Counted from the first letter of the stretch, positions 9,184 through 19,518 are shown. The stretch is DNA of 64,000 nt from Methanobacteriota archaeon (GCA_026394495.1 JAPKYE010000009.1:262-64261); one strand, 5' to 3'. Notes: generated from the sequence alone by a model not told the origin. Translations and numbers: made by a program.

Positions 9184-9699
9184 TTAATCCAATATGAATT
9201 TTTTTGGATTTTTTATTCCAAAATATAATTTTACGCCCGGCTGCATAAGATATAAAATAATGAACAGTGATAAAACCATTTTAAAAGCAGGAGGGATAGT
9301 TTGAATTTTATAATAAATTATAAATGAACTAATAACGTCGAAAATAATAAAAATAATGAGTAGAATCCATGACCATATTTTCGCACAAAATAATCCGTAG
9401 ATAATTAGTACTGTAAGAATTACTATTGCGAAAATTGATAAAATTGTTATCAAATCTGTTGTATTGGAAGTAAAATTTTTTAGTATAATAGTTATAAAAA
9501 AGATGTTAATAAAACAACTTATTAGTAACCATGCGATGAGCACCCATATACCATAAGGGATGTTTAATGGTTTATTCATATTATTTTTTCCAATTAATTT
9601 ACATATTATTAATTTATAAATATATAAACATTTCGTTCTATCTATGGCTAAAAACATGATTGTTAAGGATATTTCCTTAAATTGTACCGTTAGGATCAA
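9184..9699 (-). CDS. hypothetical polytopic membrane protein
   Basis: 4 hydrophobic helices. AT-rich. Start uncertain. Confidence 0.3.
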   Translation of the reverse strand: MILTVQFKEISLTIMFLAIDRTKCLYIYKLIICKLIGKNNMNKPLNIPYGIWVLIAWLLISCFINIFFITIILKNFTSNTTDLITILSIFAIVILTVLIIYGLFCAKIWSWILLIIFIIFDVISSFIIYYKIQTIPPAFKMVLSLFIILYLMQPGVKLYFGIKNPKKFILD

Positions 9700-9708
9700 A
9701 AAGAAATA

Positions 9709-10758
9709 TTATCGGTTGTATGTAACCTTTGTTTGTTCTGGGAACAGTTTATTTAATCGTTTCGCTGTTCGTTTCTTCCAGTTTCCTTTGTGATAGGCAT
9801 AGCTTGCGAGTAACGGCAGTGTGAGTGTTGATTCTGAGTATACCATCTGCTCAAAGTTTGTGTCTACTTTTCCCCAGGAGTTCGCTTCTTTTAATGTGGA
9901 GCCTGAGAGTCCCCCGTCTCGTTCATCAGCAACCGTAAGTTGTATCGCGTATTTGTGCATCGGTGCGTTGACGCCGAGGATGTCTGCAGCGACAACAGTA
10001 TCTTGAACAAAGTTTTTTGGGACGCCGCCACCGATCATGAGAAGTCCGGTTTCTTTTGCGTTGACTTTAAGTTCTGTGAGTTCTTTGAAGTCTTTTACCG
10101 AATCAATTGAAACAAAGTCTTTCTTTTTTTCTACTTGATGGAACACAAGACCAAATCCTGCGCTGCAGTCAGAAAATGCTGGGCAGAAAATCGGGACGTC
10201 ATTCTTGTATGCTTCGTAGACAACTGATTCCTTGTTTTTTCCGTAATGGTCAAGGTATCGTCCCATCTCGTAGATGAATTCTCGAGAGGAATATATTCCA
10301 GGTTTCATGGAATCAGCGATTTTTTTTACGGTGTTGTCACATATACGCAGATCATCTTCGTCGATGAAGGTGTCGTAGATACGATCAATATGTGCCTCCT
10401 GCAGTTTACTGTCATCAATGCGTATCTCACCACGATAATGTGAAAATCCTAGTCCTTCAAAGAAGTCCTGATCGACAAGGATCGCACCAGTTGACACAAT
10501 AGTATCAATCATGTTGTAGCGGATCATGTCCACGACAACTTTTTTTAAGCCTGCGCTAAAGAGTGATCCTGAGAGGATCAGCATGTTTGTGCAGTCTTTA
10601 TCTTGTATCATTGTATCAAAAATTTTACTCGCTCGAGCAAGGTTACGTGATTGAAACGCCATATGATCAAACGCGTCGATCAATGGAATGCTGTTGAATT
10701 TTGTGATATCGATATGTTCGATTTTTTGGTTGAGTAAACTTTTTTTGTCGTATTTCAT
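9709..10758 (-). CDS. dys: deoxyhypusine synthase
   Basis: GGGVPKNF and SGSTLKEANSWGK blocks. 349 aa. Confidence 0.85.
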   Translation of the reverse strand: MKYDKKSLLNQKIEHIDITKFNSIPLIDAFDHMAFQSRNLARASKIFDTMIQDKDCTNMLILSGSLFSAGLKKVVVDMIRYNMIDTIVSTGAILVDQDFFEGLGFSHYRGEIRIDDSKLQEAHIDRIYDTFIDEDDLRICDNTVKKIADSMKPGIYSSREFIYEMGRYLDHYGKNKESVVYEAYKNDVPIFCPAFSDCSAGFGLVFHQVEKKKDFVSIDSVKDFKELTELKVNAKETGLLMIGGGVPKNFVQDTVVAADILGVNAPMHKYAIQLTVADERDGGLSGSTLKEANSWGKVDTNFEQMVYSESTLTLPLLASYAYHKGNWKKRTAKRLNKLFPEQTKVTYNR

Positions 10759-10863
10759 TAGGTTGTTCCCCCGTGGTATATTGAGTTGTGTTATTTCTTT
10801 TTTTCCCCTGAAAACCAGATTATTTTTTTGTAGTGAGAATGTGTTTCGTGTTAAATTTTTTTT

Positions 10864-11634
10864 CTAAAATCTGCAGGAGTCTCTGTTGTCTTTTAGCCAT
10901 TGTTTTTTTTCTTCGTAATCAGGCATCACGTGTTCTACAAGCGTCCAAAAACGATCAGAATGATTTAGGACCACGAGATGTGCGAGCTCATGAATGCAGA
11001 CGTATTCGAGGACATCGTCAGGTGCAAAAAGTAATCGTGTGGAGATGTTTATGTTTCGTTTTTGGGAGCAACTTCCCCAGTTTGATTTGTTGTGTTTAAA
11101 ATAGATGTTGTTGATTTGTTGGTTGAAGTATTTTTTGTTTAAATATGTAATTTTCTTTTCAAGATCTGGTAGTCGATGTCTTGCGATACAACGACTGATC
11201 AATGTGGTGATGTGACGGTTCTGCATATTAGTTGAGAGATGTGTTGAGACATCGATGTGAATGGTATGATCGATGAGTCGTGCTGAACTGTTTTTTTTAT
11301 CTTTTTTGTTGATCGTAATCAAATATTGTTCATTTCCAATATGGATGGTTTCATTATCCTGATATTCTCGCATTGGTTTTGGTTTGAATCGCTCTGGTTT
11401 GTCTTGGATTCTTTGTATCGCCCATGCTTTCAGCTGTGCTATTTCTTTTTCTTGTGTGCTTTTATTTAAGAAAAGGGGAATCCTGATTGTGATTGCTTTT
11501 TTGCCGATGGAAACCGTGCAATTTCTTCTTTGTTCGTAAAATAAACGAACAGGTCGTATGACTCCATTCACATGAACAACATCAATGGTTGTTCCGTTTT
11601 TCAATCCGTCCTTTTGTATTTTTTTATGAAACAT
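10864..11634 (-). CDS. YgjP-like (DUF45/WLM) zinc metallohydrolase
   Basis: NWGSCS ... HELAHL motif pair near the C-terminus. Confidence 0.6.
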   Translation of the reverse strand: MFHKKIQKDGLKNGTTIDVVHVNGVIRPVRLFYEQRRNCTVSIGKKAITIRIPLFLNKSTQEKEIAQLKAWAIQRIQDKPERFKPKPMREYQDNETIHIGNEQYLITINKKDKKNSSARLIDHTIHIDVSTHLSTNMQNRHITTLISRCIARHRLPDLEKKITYLNKKYFNQQINNIYFKHNKSNWGSCSQKRNINISTRLLFAPDDVLEYVCIHELAHLVVLNHSDRFWTLVEHVMPDYEEKKQWLKDNRDSCRF

Positions 11635-11668
11635 AATACTCCTAAAAATTTCAATATTTTTACACCAT

Positions 11669-12874
11669 TTATGTATCAGCGACGATGCTGATCACATCAC
11701 CGTTTTGAAGCACGTGATCTGCGCCGACAACCCGGTGTGTTCGTGCGTCTATCGCCCGGATGAAATGTTTCCCAAGATCCGTATGAACTCGATACGCAAG
11801 TTCCCGTGCGGTTGTTCCTTTTGGCACTAGATGTGCATCGGGGAGAATCCGGCCTTCTTTGTCGGTGAGACGATGTGGATCTTCAACGGGGTAGACGACG
11901 ATAAGGTTCAGCATATGAACTGCTTCTTCGATGCATTTCTGGACCCCGGTTGATCCATATTTTTGTACGACATTGGTCCGAATGTATTCTAGCGCTTGAC
12001 GTTGTTTTTCATTGAGTATATCTGGTTTCAGAATCGTGAAGTTGTTTCCACCTGGGGTGTATGTAATGATTTCTTTTTTTGCTGCATTGTGTAACGCTAG
12101 CTCTGATTCAGCACTAGTCGGCACCACGAGGTATCCTTTTGATCGAAGTTCATCGGCTTTTGTCATAAATTGGTCTGGTGCTTTGTCACATTTGTTGAAT
12201 GCGATAATCATGGGTTTACTCATTTTTCGTATATGATCTGCAAACTCTAAGAGGTCGTCATCGGTCCAGCGTGTAGGTTTTTTTTGGTCGACATCCATCT
12301 TTCGCAGTGCACTTGTGATATGGTCTTCTTTTATTCCTAACCCTGTCAATTTTTCGATTAGAACTTTTTCTATTTTTTGTTCTTCAAGTTCGCAGGTTTT
12401 CGAGAGGCGGTCCCAGCCGTTTTTCACGATATCGAAAAACCAGTACGTGATCTCTTTTTCAAGGAATATAACATCTTGTAACGGGTCGTGTTTCCCGACA
12501 TCACAGAGATTTCCTTCAGAATCAGTGCTTCCTGAGGCATCAACGATGTGGATGAGTGCATCTGCTTGGCGGAGGTCGTTAAGAAACTTGTTTCCAAGTC
12601 CTCGTCCTTTATGTGCATCGGGGACTAGTCCGGCGACATCAATCGTCTCAATCGGGACAAATCGAACCCCATGTATGCATTTTGAATTCCTTGGTGTACA
12701 ATGCATCTTAAAATCAGTACAGGGGCATGGTGTTCGAATGTACATGACGCCATGGTTTGCTTCAATGGTTGTAAACGGATAGTTTGCAATGGCTGCATGT
12801 GCTTCTGTTGCTGCATTAAAAAAGGTGGATTTTCCTACGTTTGGTTTTCCTACTATCCCTAGCTGCATGCCCAT
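11669..12874 (-). CDS. OBG/Drg-YchF-family GTPase with Cys4 insertion and C-terminal TGS domain
   Basis: G1 GKPNVGKST, then CPC...C...C insertion, then a TGS-like C-terminus. Confidence 0.6.
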   Translation of the reverse strand: MGMQLGIVGKPNVGKSTFFNAATEAHAAIANYPFTTIEANHGVMYIRTPCPCTDFKMHCTPRNSKCIHGVRFVPIETIDVAGLVPDAHKGRGLGNKFLNDLRQADALIHIVDASGSTDSEGNLCDVGKHDPLQDVIFLEKEITYWFFDIVKNGWDRLSKTCELEEQKIEKVLIEKLTGLGIKEDHITSALRKMDVDQKKPTRWTDDDLLEFADHIRKMSKPMIIAFNKCDKAPDQFMTKADELRSKGYLVVPTSAESELALHNAAKKEIITYTPGGNNFTILKPDILNEKQRQALEYIRTNVVQKYGSTGVQKCIEEAVHMLNLIVVYPVEDPHRLTDKEGRILPDAHLVPKGTTARELAYRVHTDLGKHFIRAIDARTHRVVGADHVLQNGDVISIVADT

Positions 12875-12881
12875 ATGATTG

Positions 12882-13805
12882 TTACTCCAACAGCTCTTTC
12901 AGTTCATCGACGATATCGGCATTGTTTTCGAATCTTTTAACCTTTTCACTGATTTTTTGTTTTGAACCATTGAGAAAAGATATTCCTTGTGGTGCAAGGA
13001 GTGTTCCATCGACTGATGCGGTTTTTGATAGAGTGATGTTCGTTCCTGATACGTTGCCTATGACATGTACGTTGTCATCGAGATGAATGGGTCCTTTGCC
13101 GCAAAGGTTCCCATGGATTGTTATTTTTTTATTGCAGCGTATTTCTCCTGTTGCTTCGATGGATCCGGAGATCTCTGTTTCATCGTCTATGTATGCGTTT
13201 CCAATGATGTCGTAGTTGCCGAGGATCTGGCAGTGTTTTCCGATGGCGAGGTTTCCTTCGATTCGTGATTTTTGTGAGCCGATGATGGAGTTATTTGGGA
13301 TGAATAGAAACGTTTCAGCAATGGGTATTGGTTCGCCTTGGTTTTCTTCGAGTTCTTTGAGGATGCGTTCGATTTCTTCGCTATGTCCCATCTTAAGCAA
13401 CTGAAATAGATATATAAAAATATATATTACAACTGGTATTGGGCTACGGATATTAATCCATCCTTTTGCCTCAAAACCCTTACTAATGTCAACATTATCC
13501 CCCACATCAAGATCACCATGCAACGACAACTTCCCCTTTATTTTCACTTTTTCCCCAAGATACACGTTTCCTTCACTACAGACATTTCCACCAATAGTTG
13601 AAAACGTATCGACACGGGCATCACCAGTCGACTCCAAACCCCCATCGATAATGACATGCTCTCCGATGAAGATGCGTCCTTCGGTTTTCACCCCATAACG
13701 CACCAACGATCGATCACCAATCACGATATCACCAGAGGTAACAATCGTTTCTCCCTCAAAACGAGTTTTATCAGGGATCACCAGCGTTTTTCTGTCAAAT
13801 ACCAT
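12882..13805 (-). CDS. bactofilin-like protein (two beta-helical repeat domains)
   Basis: Two blocks of G-x-V/I repeats (IVTSGDIVIGDRSLVRYGVKTEGRIFIGEHVIIDGG...) separated by a hydrophobic linker. Confidence 0.45.
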   Translation of the reverse strand: MVFDRKTLVIPDKTRFEGETIVTSGDIVIGDRSLVRYGVKTEGRIFIGEHVIIDGGLESTGDARVDTFSTIGGNVCSEGNVYLGEKVKIKGKLSLHGDLDVGDNVDISKGFEAKGWINIRSPIPVVIYIFIYLFQLLKMGHSEEIERILKELEENQGEPIPIAETFLFIPNNSIIGSQKSRIEGNLAIGKHCQILGNYDIIGNAYIDDETEISGSIEATGEIRCNKKITIHGNLCGKGPIHLDDNVHVIGNVSGTNITLSKTASVDGTLLAPQGISFLNGSKQKISEKVKRFENNADIVDELKELLE

Positions 13806-13954
13806 GGGAAAAGCGCAATCATCTATCCTATTATAAAACCAACGACTACACGGAGGTTTTTAAGAAAGAAAAATTGATATAGACGGCACCTATACAAGCT
13901 TGGGGAAAATAATATTAAACTGATATCATGTTTCTATAAAAAAATTTCTCATCT

Positions 13955-16027
13955 ATGGTGACAATCGTGACCGAAATACAAGAAAATAAAGAAATGATCG
14001 CTCCTGAAGAATGGATTGCGAAACATAAATTCACCTCGACAAAAGACATAAAGGTCCCTGATAGCCTTCTTGATCAAGTCATCGGACAAAATAAATCTGT
14101 CGAAATCGTAAAGAAAGCAGCTGAGCAAAAACGCCATGTGATGCTGATCGGAGACCCTGGTACTGGGAAATCCATGATCGCGCGAGCGATGACTGAATTT
14201 CTGACCAAAGAAGAATTGGAAGATATCATTGCGTATCCGAATAACGATGATTCAAACACCCCGCATATCCGCGTTGTTCCCGGGGGAAAAGCAAACGAGA
14301 TCGTGAAAGTGCAGCGGGAAGAGGCACGCAAACGACGGGACCAGCAAAACAGCATGGTTACGGTTATCGTCCTTGGCATCATTATGTTTGCTGTTTTTGC
14401 TGCTTTTGCACCATCGTTTTCCCCAGGGGGTGAGGTCCATCTTGAATACGCGATTTTTGGTGTGATCGCCGCAGTGATGATTTATCTTATTGTTGCGCGT
14501 GGAGGACTTGTGCAACGTAAAGAGCTTCAACAAATCCCAAAAATCCTTGTTGCACATGAGAAAAAAGATTCGTCGCCGTTTATCGATGCGACTGCAGCAC
14601 ATTCAGGTGCGCTGCTTGGTGATGTTCGTCATGATCCTTTCCAATCAGCGGGTCTTGAGACGCCTCCTCATCAACTCGTGGAGGCCGGAGCTATTCATCG
14701 AGCGCATAAAGGTGTGTTGTACATTGATGAAATCAACACGTTAAGCCTTCCTTCTCAACAGCATCTTTTAACTGCGATCCAGGAGAAAAAATTCCAGATC
14801 ACTGGTCAATCTGATCGGAGTTTCGGTGCGATGGTGAAAACTGAGCCGGTCCCTTGTGATTTTATTTTGGTTTCTGCAGGTAATCTTGATGCGTTGAACG
14901 GGATGCACCCTGCGCTTCGATCTAGAATTCGCGGGTATGGATATGAAGTGTATCTGAATAGTTCCATGGATGATACTGATGATAATCGGGAGAAGTTGAT
15001 CCGGTTTGTTGCTCAAGAAGTAAAAAAAGACGGGAAAATTGTTCATTTCGAAAAAGAAGCAGTAGCTGAAATCATCCATGAGGCACAGCGTCGTGCTGGA
15101 CGGAAAGGAAAACTTTCTCTTCGGCTTAGGGAGCTTGGTGGTCTTGTTCGAGCTGCTGGTGATATCGCGTTTGAAAAAGGGGATAAAACTGTCACAAAAG
15201 ATCATGTTCTTGCTGCAAAAAAAATCGCACGATCATTGGAGCAGCAGGTGGTTGATCGAGCGCTTGAATCACAGAAGACATATCGTTCCTTTAGAACTAC
15301 GGGCGAGGAAATCGGTGTGGTTAATGGTCTTGCTGTGCATTCTGCTGATCCTTCGATGAGTGAGTTTTCAGGTTTAGTGTTGCCGATTGTTGCTGAGGTT
15401 ACACCCGCGGGGTCGCAGTCTGAGGGAAAAATTATCGCAACCGGTAAACTTGGTGAGATCGCAAAGGAATCGGTACAAAATATTTCTGCGATCATCAAGA
15501 AGTATATGGGTCGCGATATCTCAAAACATGATATTCATATTCAGTTTATTGGCACGTATGAGGGTGTTGAGGGTGATTCTGCAAGTGTTTCTCTGATTAC
15601 TGCGGTGATTTCTGCGATGGAGGAGGTTGCGGTTAGACAGGATGTGGCGATGACGGGCTCTATTAGTATTCGTGGGACGGTTCTTCCGATTGGTGGGGTT
15701 ACTGCTAAAATAGAGGCTGCTGCTGAGACGGGGATCAAAAAGGTGTTGATTCCAAGAGCGAACCTTAATGATGTGTTGATTGAGGATAAATACGTAAGTC
15801 AGATTGAGATTGTGCCTGTGGAAACATTGACTGATGTGTTGGAGAATGCTCTTGTTGATGGTGAAGGAAAAAAGAAACTACTTGAGAAACTAAAAGTCAT
15901 GCGTCCCCCAAAGGTGCTTGGTAAAGTGGAGCTTGAATCTGAGAAACAGCGAAGTAATCCTACGTTTATCTCGGAGAAAAAGAGACGAGCTAAAGAGATA
16001 AATTCAAGGCAATCAGAGAAAAAGTAA
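13955..16027 (+). CDS. lon: archaeal membrane-bound Lon protease (LonB)
   Basis: Walker [11 protein letters not shown] insertion [21 protein letters not shown]+ core, and C-terminal protease domain with the DGDSAS catalytic Ser block. Confidence 0.9.
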   Translation: MVTIVTEIQENKEMIAPEEWIAKHKFTSTKDIKVPDSLLDQVIGQNKSVEIVKKAAEQKRHVMLIGDPGTGKSMIARAMTEFLTKEELEDIIAYPNNDDSNTPHIRVVPGGKANEIVKVQREEARKRRDQQNSMVTVIVLGIIMFAVFAAFAPSFSPGGEVHLEYAIFGVIAAVMIYLIVARGGLVQRKELQQIPKILVAHEKKDSSPFIDATAAHSGALLGDVRHDPFQSAGLETPPHQLVEAGAIHRAHKGVLYIDEINTLSLPSQQHLLTAIQEKKFQITGQSDRSFGAMVKTEPVPCDFILVSAGNLDALNGMHPALRSRIRGYGYEVYLNSSMDDTDDNREKLIRFVAQEVKKDGKIVHFEKEAVAEIIHEAQRRAGRKGKLSLRLRELGGLVRAAGDIAFEKGDKTVTKDHVLAAKKIARSLEQQVVDRALESQKTYRSFRTTGEEIGVVNGLAVHSADPSMSEFSGLVLPIVAEVTPAGSQSEGKIIATGKLGEIAKESVQNISAIIKKYMGRDISKHDIHIQFIGTYEGVEGDSASVSLITAVISAMEEVAVRQDVAMTGSISIRGTVLPIGGVTAKIEAAAETGIKKVLIPRANLNDVLIEDKYVSQIEIVPVETLTDVLENALVDGEGKKKLLEKLKVMRPPKVLGKVELESEKQRSNPTFISEKKRRAKEINSRQSEKK

Positions 16028-16063
16028 TGTTTTATACTGCGGTTTCATATTCTTTCTTTTGTT

Positions 16064-16567
16064 ATGAATGCGTTGTATATCGGGCGGTTTCAGCCGTTTC
16101 ATTACGGTCATCTACAAGTTATTAAGTATGTTGCTAAAACGTATGATGAAATTATCATCGGGATAGGTTCTTCGCAGTACCATGGTTCTTCTGAGAACCC
16201 GTTTTCAGCAGAGGAGCGCAAAACAATGATTGAGCAATCCTTGGGTGCAGAAGGAATAAAAAATTTTCGGGTTGTGTTGATTTCGGATATTCATAATCCG
16301 CCAAAATGGGTTGATCATGTGCTGACTATTGTTTCTGATTTTGATGTGGTGTTATCAAATAATGATTTTACCAAAGAGTTGTTTTCTGAAAAAGGATATC
16401 TTGTGAAAGAAACCCCTTTTTTTAAAAGGACGCATTATTCTGGTGTGGAGATTCGACGGCGGATGAATCAAGATGAAGACTGGGGATCCCTGGTGCCAAA
16501 GTCTGTCGTGAAAATAATTGATGGTATCCATGGGGTTCAGCGGGTAAAAAAAGCAAAGAAAAACTAG
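16064..16567 (+). CDS. nadM: nicotinamide-nucleotide adenylyltransferase (archaeal NMNAT)
   Basis: GRFQPFHYGH nucleotidyltransferase motif. 167 aa. Confidence 0.85.
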   Translation: MNALYIGRFQPFHYGHLQVIKYVAKTYDEIIIGIGSSQYHGSSENPFSAEERKTMIEQSLGAEGIKNFRVVLISDIHNPPKWVDHVLTIVSDFDVVLSNNDFTKELFSEKGYLVKETPFFKRTHYSGVEIRRRMNQDEDWGSLVPKSVVKIIDGIHGVQRVKKAKKN

Positions 16568-16570
16568 TTT

Positions 16571-16587
16571 TGATAACAACTGTACAG
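16571..16587. repeat. 17-bp direct repeat copy 1 (TGATAACAACTGTACAG; contains the 8-bp palindrome CTGTACAG)
   Basis: Identical 17-mer recurs at 19502-19518. The two copies bracket the surface-protein gene. Confidence 0.5.
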
Positions 16588-16809
16588 TGATTTCCCGTGA
16601 GTTACTTCATCCTGATTTTTAGTATTATCTTATCGCCCGATGTTTTTCTTCTTGAATCTGAGATCATTTGAAATCGTCTTATGTTTTTTTGCCATTATAA
16701 GGAGAAAAATTTCGATCATATTGTTTTTATACGTAATTATTCGTTTGTTTTCTACGATACGTTTATTTATTTCAGCGGGATATCAATCTGCATATATCTT
16801 TGAATAAGG

Positions 16810-17454
16810 ATGGGATTGCTCCTGGATGCACGTTTCCTAGCGATTGGCATACTAGTTGTTCTACTTAGTACGTTGTTTGCGACGCAGTATGCGACTACGA
16901 AGGTTAGTTTTTCGTATGCGGTTGTCCATCCGAGTAATGCGGATATTCGTTTTGTTGGATCTGATAATTCAAGTGATGATGGATTGCGTGTGCTACGGAT
17001 TTCTGGGGCGAATGGGACGAATGCGCTGATCGGGTTGGAGTTTGGTGATTGGAGTGCCAATACAAATAAGACATATACTGCTGCGTTTGCAATTGTCAAT
17101 GAAGAAGGATTTGCGTTGAACATCACACACATCACCGTCACCAACACCAGCGGGTCAAGTGATTACATGCAGGTGTGGCTGCATGGGAACGGGAGTCTTA
17201 AGGCTGAGGATGATCCGACATCGGTTTTTGTGTACAACAATGGTTCTGCGTTGAAGACTGCTAGTTCTGTTTCCTGGCAGTTTGCGAAAGGAGATGGTGA
17301 TGCTGGTACGATGCATCCTGATATCTCAGATGGCGCAACCATGATTTCGACAGGGTGGGATGAGTCTGCACATGTACGATACACACAAAATCTGAGTGGT
17401 GCGAACGACGATGCATTCCCTGTGGGGGGGGGGCAATGGCCGGACGTTGAATAA
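16810..17454 (+). CDS. secreted protein N-terminal domain (paralog of 59780-60490), upstream half of a frameshifted surface protein
   Basis: Signal/TM anchor, VHPSNADIRFVGSDNS...NITHITVT...WLHGN...WDESAHVRY conserved with the 236-aa paralog. The reading frame breaks at the G10 run 17424-17433. Confidence 0.55.
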   Translation: MGLLLDARFLAIGILVVLLSTLFATQYATTKVSFSYAVVHPSNADIRFVGSDNSSDDGLRVLRISGANGTNALIGLEFGDWSANTNKTYTAAFAIVNEEGFALNITHITVTNTSGSSDYMQVWLHGNGSLKAEDDPTSVFVYNNGSALKTASSVSWQFAKGDGDAGTMHPDISDGATMISTGWDESAHVRYTQNLSGANDDAFPVGGGQWPDVE

Positions 17455-18931
17455 TGCCTCTGATTTCGTGTGGGTACAGATATCGATTAATGTTCCTGCG
17501 GGTGCTGTTGGCAGCGATCATACAGGGACGGTTGAGGTTCATTTTACGGCAAGCAGCCATCTGCAGTCAGCAGCAAGTGGTTCTGTTGGTTTCCAGGGAA
17601 TCACATCATGGGCATCTGGTCCCATAGGCGCAGGATATGATTTTGGGTATGGTGTTGCGGTTGATGGTGATGGGAACGTGTACATCACGGGTTATCATCA
17701 GAGTGGTTTGGATTTCGGTGGTGGTATAACGGTCGCAGACGAAGGAAGTAATGGTGTTTTTGTCGCAAAATACAATAATGAGGGTGTGATTCAATGGGCA
17801 TCAGGTCCCACAGGCGCAGGAAGTGATGGTGGAACTGGTGTTGCAGTTGATGGTGATGGAAACGTGTACATCACAGGGTCTCATGGAGAAGGTTTGGATT
17901 TTGGTGGCGGGATAACAATTGCTAACGAAGTGAGCACTGGTGTTTTTGTCGCGAAATATAACACGAATGGTGTGATTCAGTGGGCGTCTGGTCCCACTGG
18001 CGCAGGAATGGATGATGGAACTGGTGTTGCAGTTGATGGTGATGGGAACGTGTACATCAGTGGGCGTCAGGGCGGTGGTTTGATTTTTGGTGGCGGGATA
18101 ACGGTCGCAGACGAAGGTAACATGGCCGGTGTTTTTGTTGCAAAATACAGTACTGCGGGTGTGATTCAGTGGGCGAAGGGTCCTAGTGGCGCAGGATGGG
18201 ATCAGGGACAGGGTGTTGCAGTTGATGGTGATGGGAACGTGTACATCACAGGTTACCATGGGAGTGGTTTGGATTTTGGTGGGGGGATAACGGTCGCAGC
18301 AGGCGTCTCTGATGGTATTTTTGTCGCAAAATACAATACAGCAGGTGTAGTACAATGGGCTTCTGGTCCCAGCAGTGGCACAGGATGGGGTCAGGGGGTT
18401 GGTGTTGCAGTTGATATCGACGGGAATGTGTACATCACGGGTTATCATGATAGTGGGTTGGATTTCGGCGGTGGGATAACAGTCGCAGCAGACATAGAAT
18501 ATGGTGTTTTTGTCGCAAAATACAGTACTGCGGGTGTGGTTCAGTGGGCGAATGGTCCGAGTGGCGCAGGAAATGATTATGGGAATAGTGTTATAGTTGA
18601 TGGTGATGGGAACGTGTACATCACAGGGGGTCATGGGAGTGGTTTGGATTTTGGTGGCGGGAAAACGATCCCAAACGATGACGATGATGGGGATGGAGAA
18701 ATAGGTGGTGTTTTTGTCGCAAAGTATAACACGGGTGGTGTGGTACAGTGGGCGTCTGGTCCCACTGGCGAAGGACCGGATAGTGGGAAAAGTGTTGCAG
18801 TTGATGGTGATGGGAACGTGTACATCACTGGGGATCATGGAAATGGTTTGGATTTTGGTGGCGGGATAACAATTGCTGAAGATGATGACAATCCTTACAA
18901 AACGGGTGTTTTTGTCGCAAAATATGTTTGA
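17396..18931 (+). CDS. SBBP-type beta-propeller repeat domain (8 repeats), downstream half of the frameshifted surface protein
   Basis: Repeats of GVAVDGDGNVYITGYH.SGLDFGGGITVA...GVFVAKYNT.GV.QWASGP.GAG. The first ~13 residues of the tracked ORF are out-of-frame overlap. Homology to the paralog resumes at SDFVWVQISINVP. Confidence 0.6.
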   Translation: MVRTTMHSLWGGGNGRTLNNASDFVWVQISINVPAGAVGSDHTGTVEVHFTASSHLQSAASGSVGFQGITSWASGPIGAGYDFGYGVAVDGDGNVYITGYHQSGLDFGGGITVADEGSNGVFVAKYNNEGVIQWASGPTGAGSDGGTGVAVDGDGNVYITGSHGEGLDFGGGITIANEVSTGVFVAKYNTNGVIQWASGPTGAGMDDGTGVAVDGDGNVYISGRQGGGLIFGGGITVADEGNMAGVFVAKYSTAGVIQWAKGPSGAGWDQGQGVAVDGDGNVYITGYHGSGLDFGGGITVAAGVSDGIFVAKYNTAGVVQWASGPSSGTGWGQGVGVAVDIDGNVYITGYHDSGLDFGGGITVAADIEYGVFVAKYSTAGVVQWANGPSGAGNDYGNSVIVDGDGNVYITGGHGSGLDFGGGKTIPNDDDDGDGEIGGVFVAKYNTGGVVQWASGPTGEGPDSGKSVAVDGDGNVYITGDHGNGLDFGGGITIAEDDDNPYKTGVFVAKYV

Positions 18932-19134
18932 AACGTTCGCATCGGTTTGGATACAATAAACAAATTTTTTTGTGGCTTCATTCCATCCTGCCAGAACCAG
19001 AAATCCCTCGCATCCCCAAATCATCAACAGAAAAACCAGCAAAACCCGCTATTTCCCAGCCCTGTCGTCTGAAACACGCTTCATTGATCAGTTCCAGGAT
19101 GGGGTCGTTGACTGCCAATTTTCAGGAGAAAAAC

Positions 19135-19328
19135 ACTTCCCATCTGTATCGCTTTTCCATTTCCCAACTCTGACACCTGAAACTGCCATCGTTGAATCTG
19201 TGTCCTCCGAGAGGAATTTCCCATCTGTGTCACCTGGAATATTTTCCATCGGTGTCACTTTTGGGTTCCCATTTGTATCACTATTAGTTTCCCATCTTTG
19301 TTACCTGAACTTTCCTATTTTCATCACT
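19135..19328. repeat. degenerate ~23-24 bp tandem repeat array (consensus ~TGGAATTTTCCCATCTGTGTCACC, 5-7 copies)
   Basis: Copies at ~19137, 19217, 19242, 19266, 19288, 19311. Confidence 0.45.
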
Positions 19329-19501
19329 TGACTAATATCTTGTTGTCTGCATTTTTTCTAAATAAAAAAATCAGCAAATAGATAAAGAAGTATCTCTTTT
19401 TCGGGTGATCCTTTGTATTCTTACGTTTCATTCCATCTTTTTTTTCAAATTCTCAATCGTTTGTTTTCTTTTCTTGAAAAAAGCATTTTTTTGGAAAAAC
19501 A

Positions 19502-19518
19502 TGATAACAACTGTACAG
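19502..19518. repeat. 17-bp direct repeat copy 2 (TGATAACAACTGTACAG)
   Basis: Perfect match to 16571-16587. Confidence 0.5.

Noticed and set aside
17801-19042. 413-aa minus-strand ORF rich in C/T/H
   Set aside because: It is antisense to the SBBP repeat region. The long open frame is a side effect of the low-complexity Gly/Val codon repeats on the coding strand.
18972-19331. 119-aa plus-strand ORF over the tandem repeat array
   Set aside because: Its low-complexity Pro/Phe/Ser composition is generated by the ~23-bp DNA repeats. It has no start context or motif. Treated as non-coding repeat DNA.
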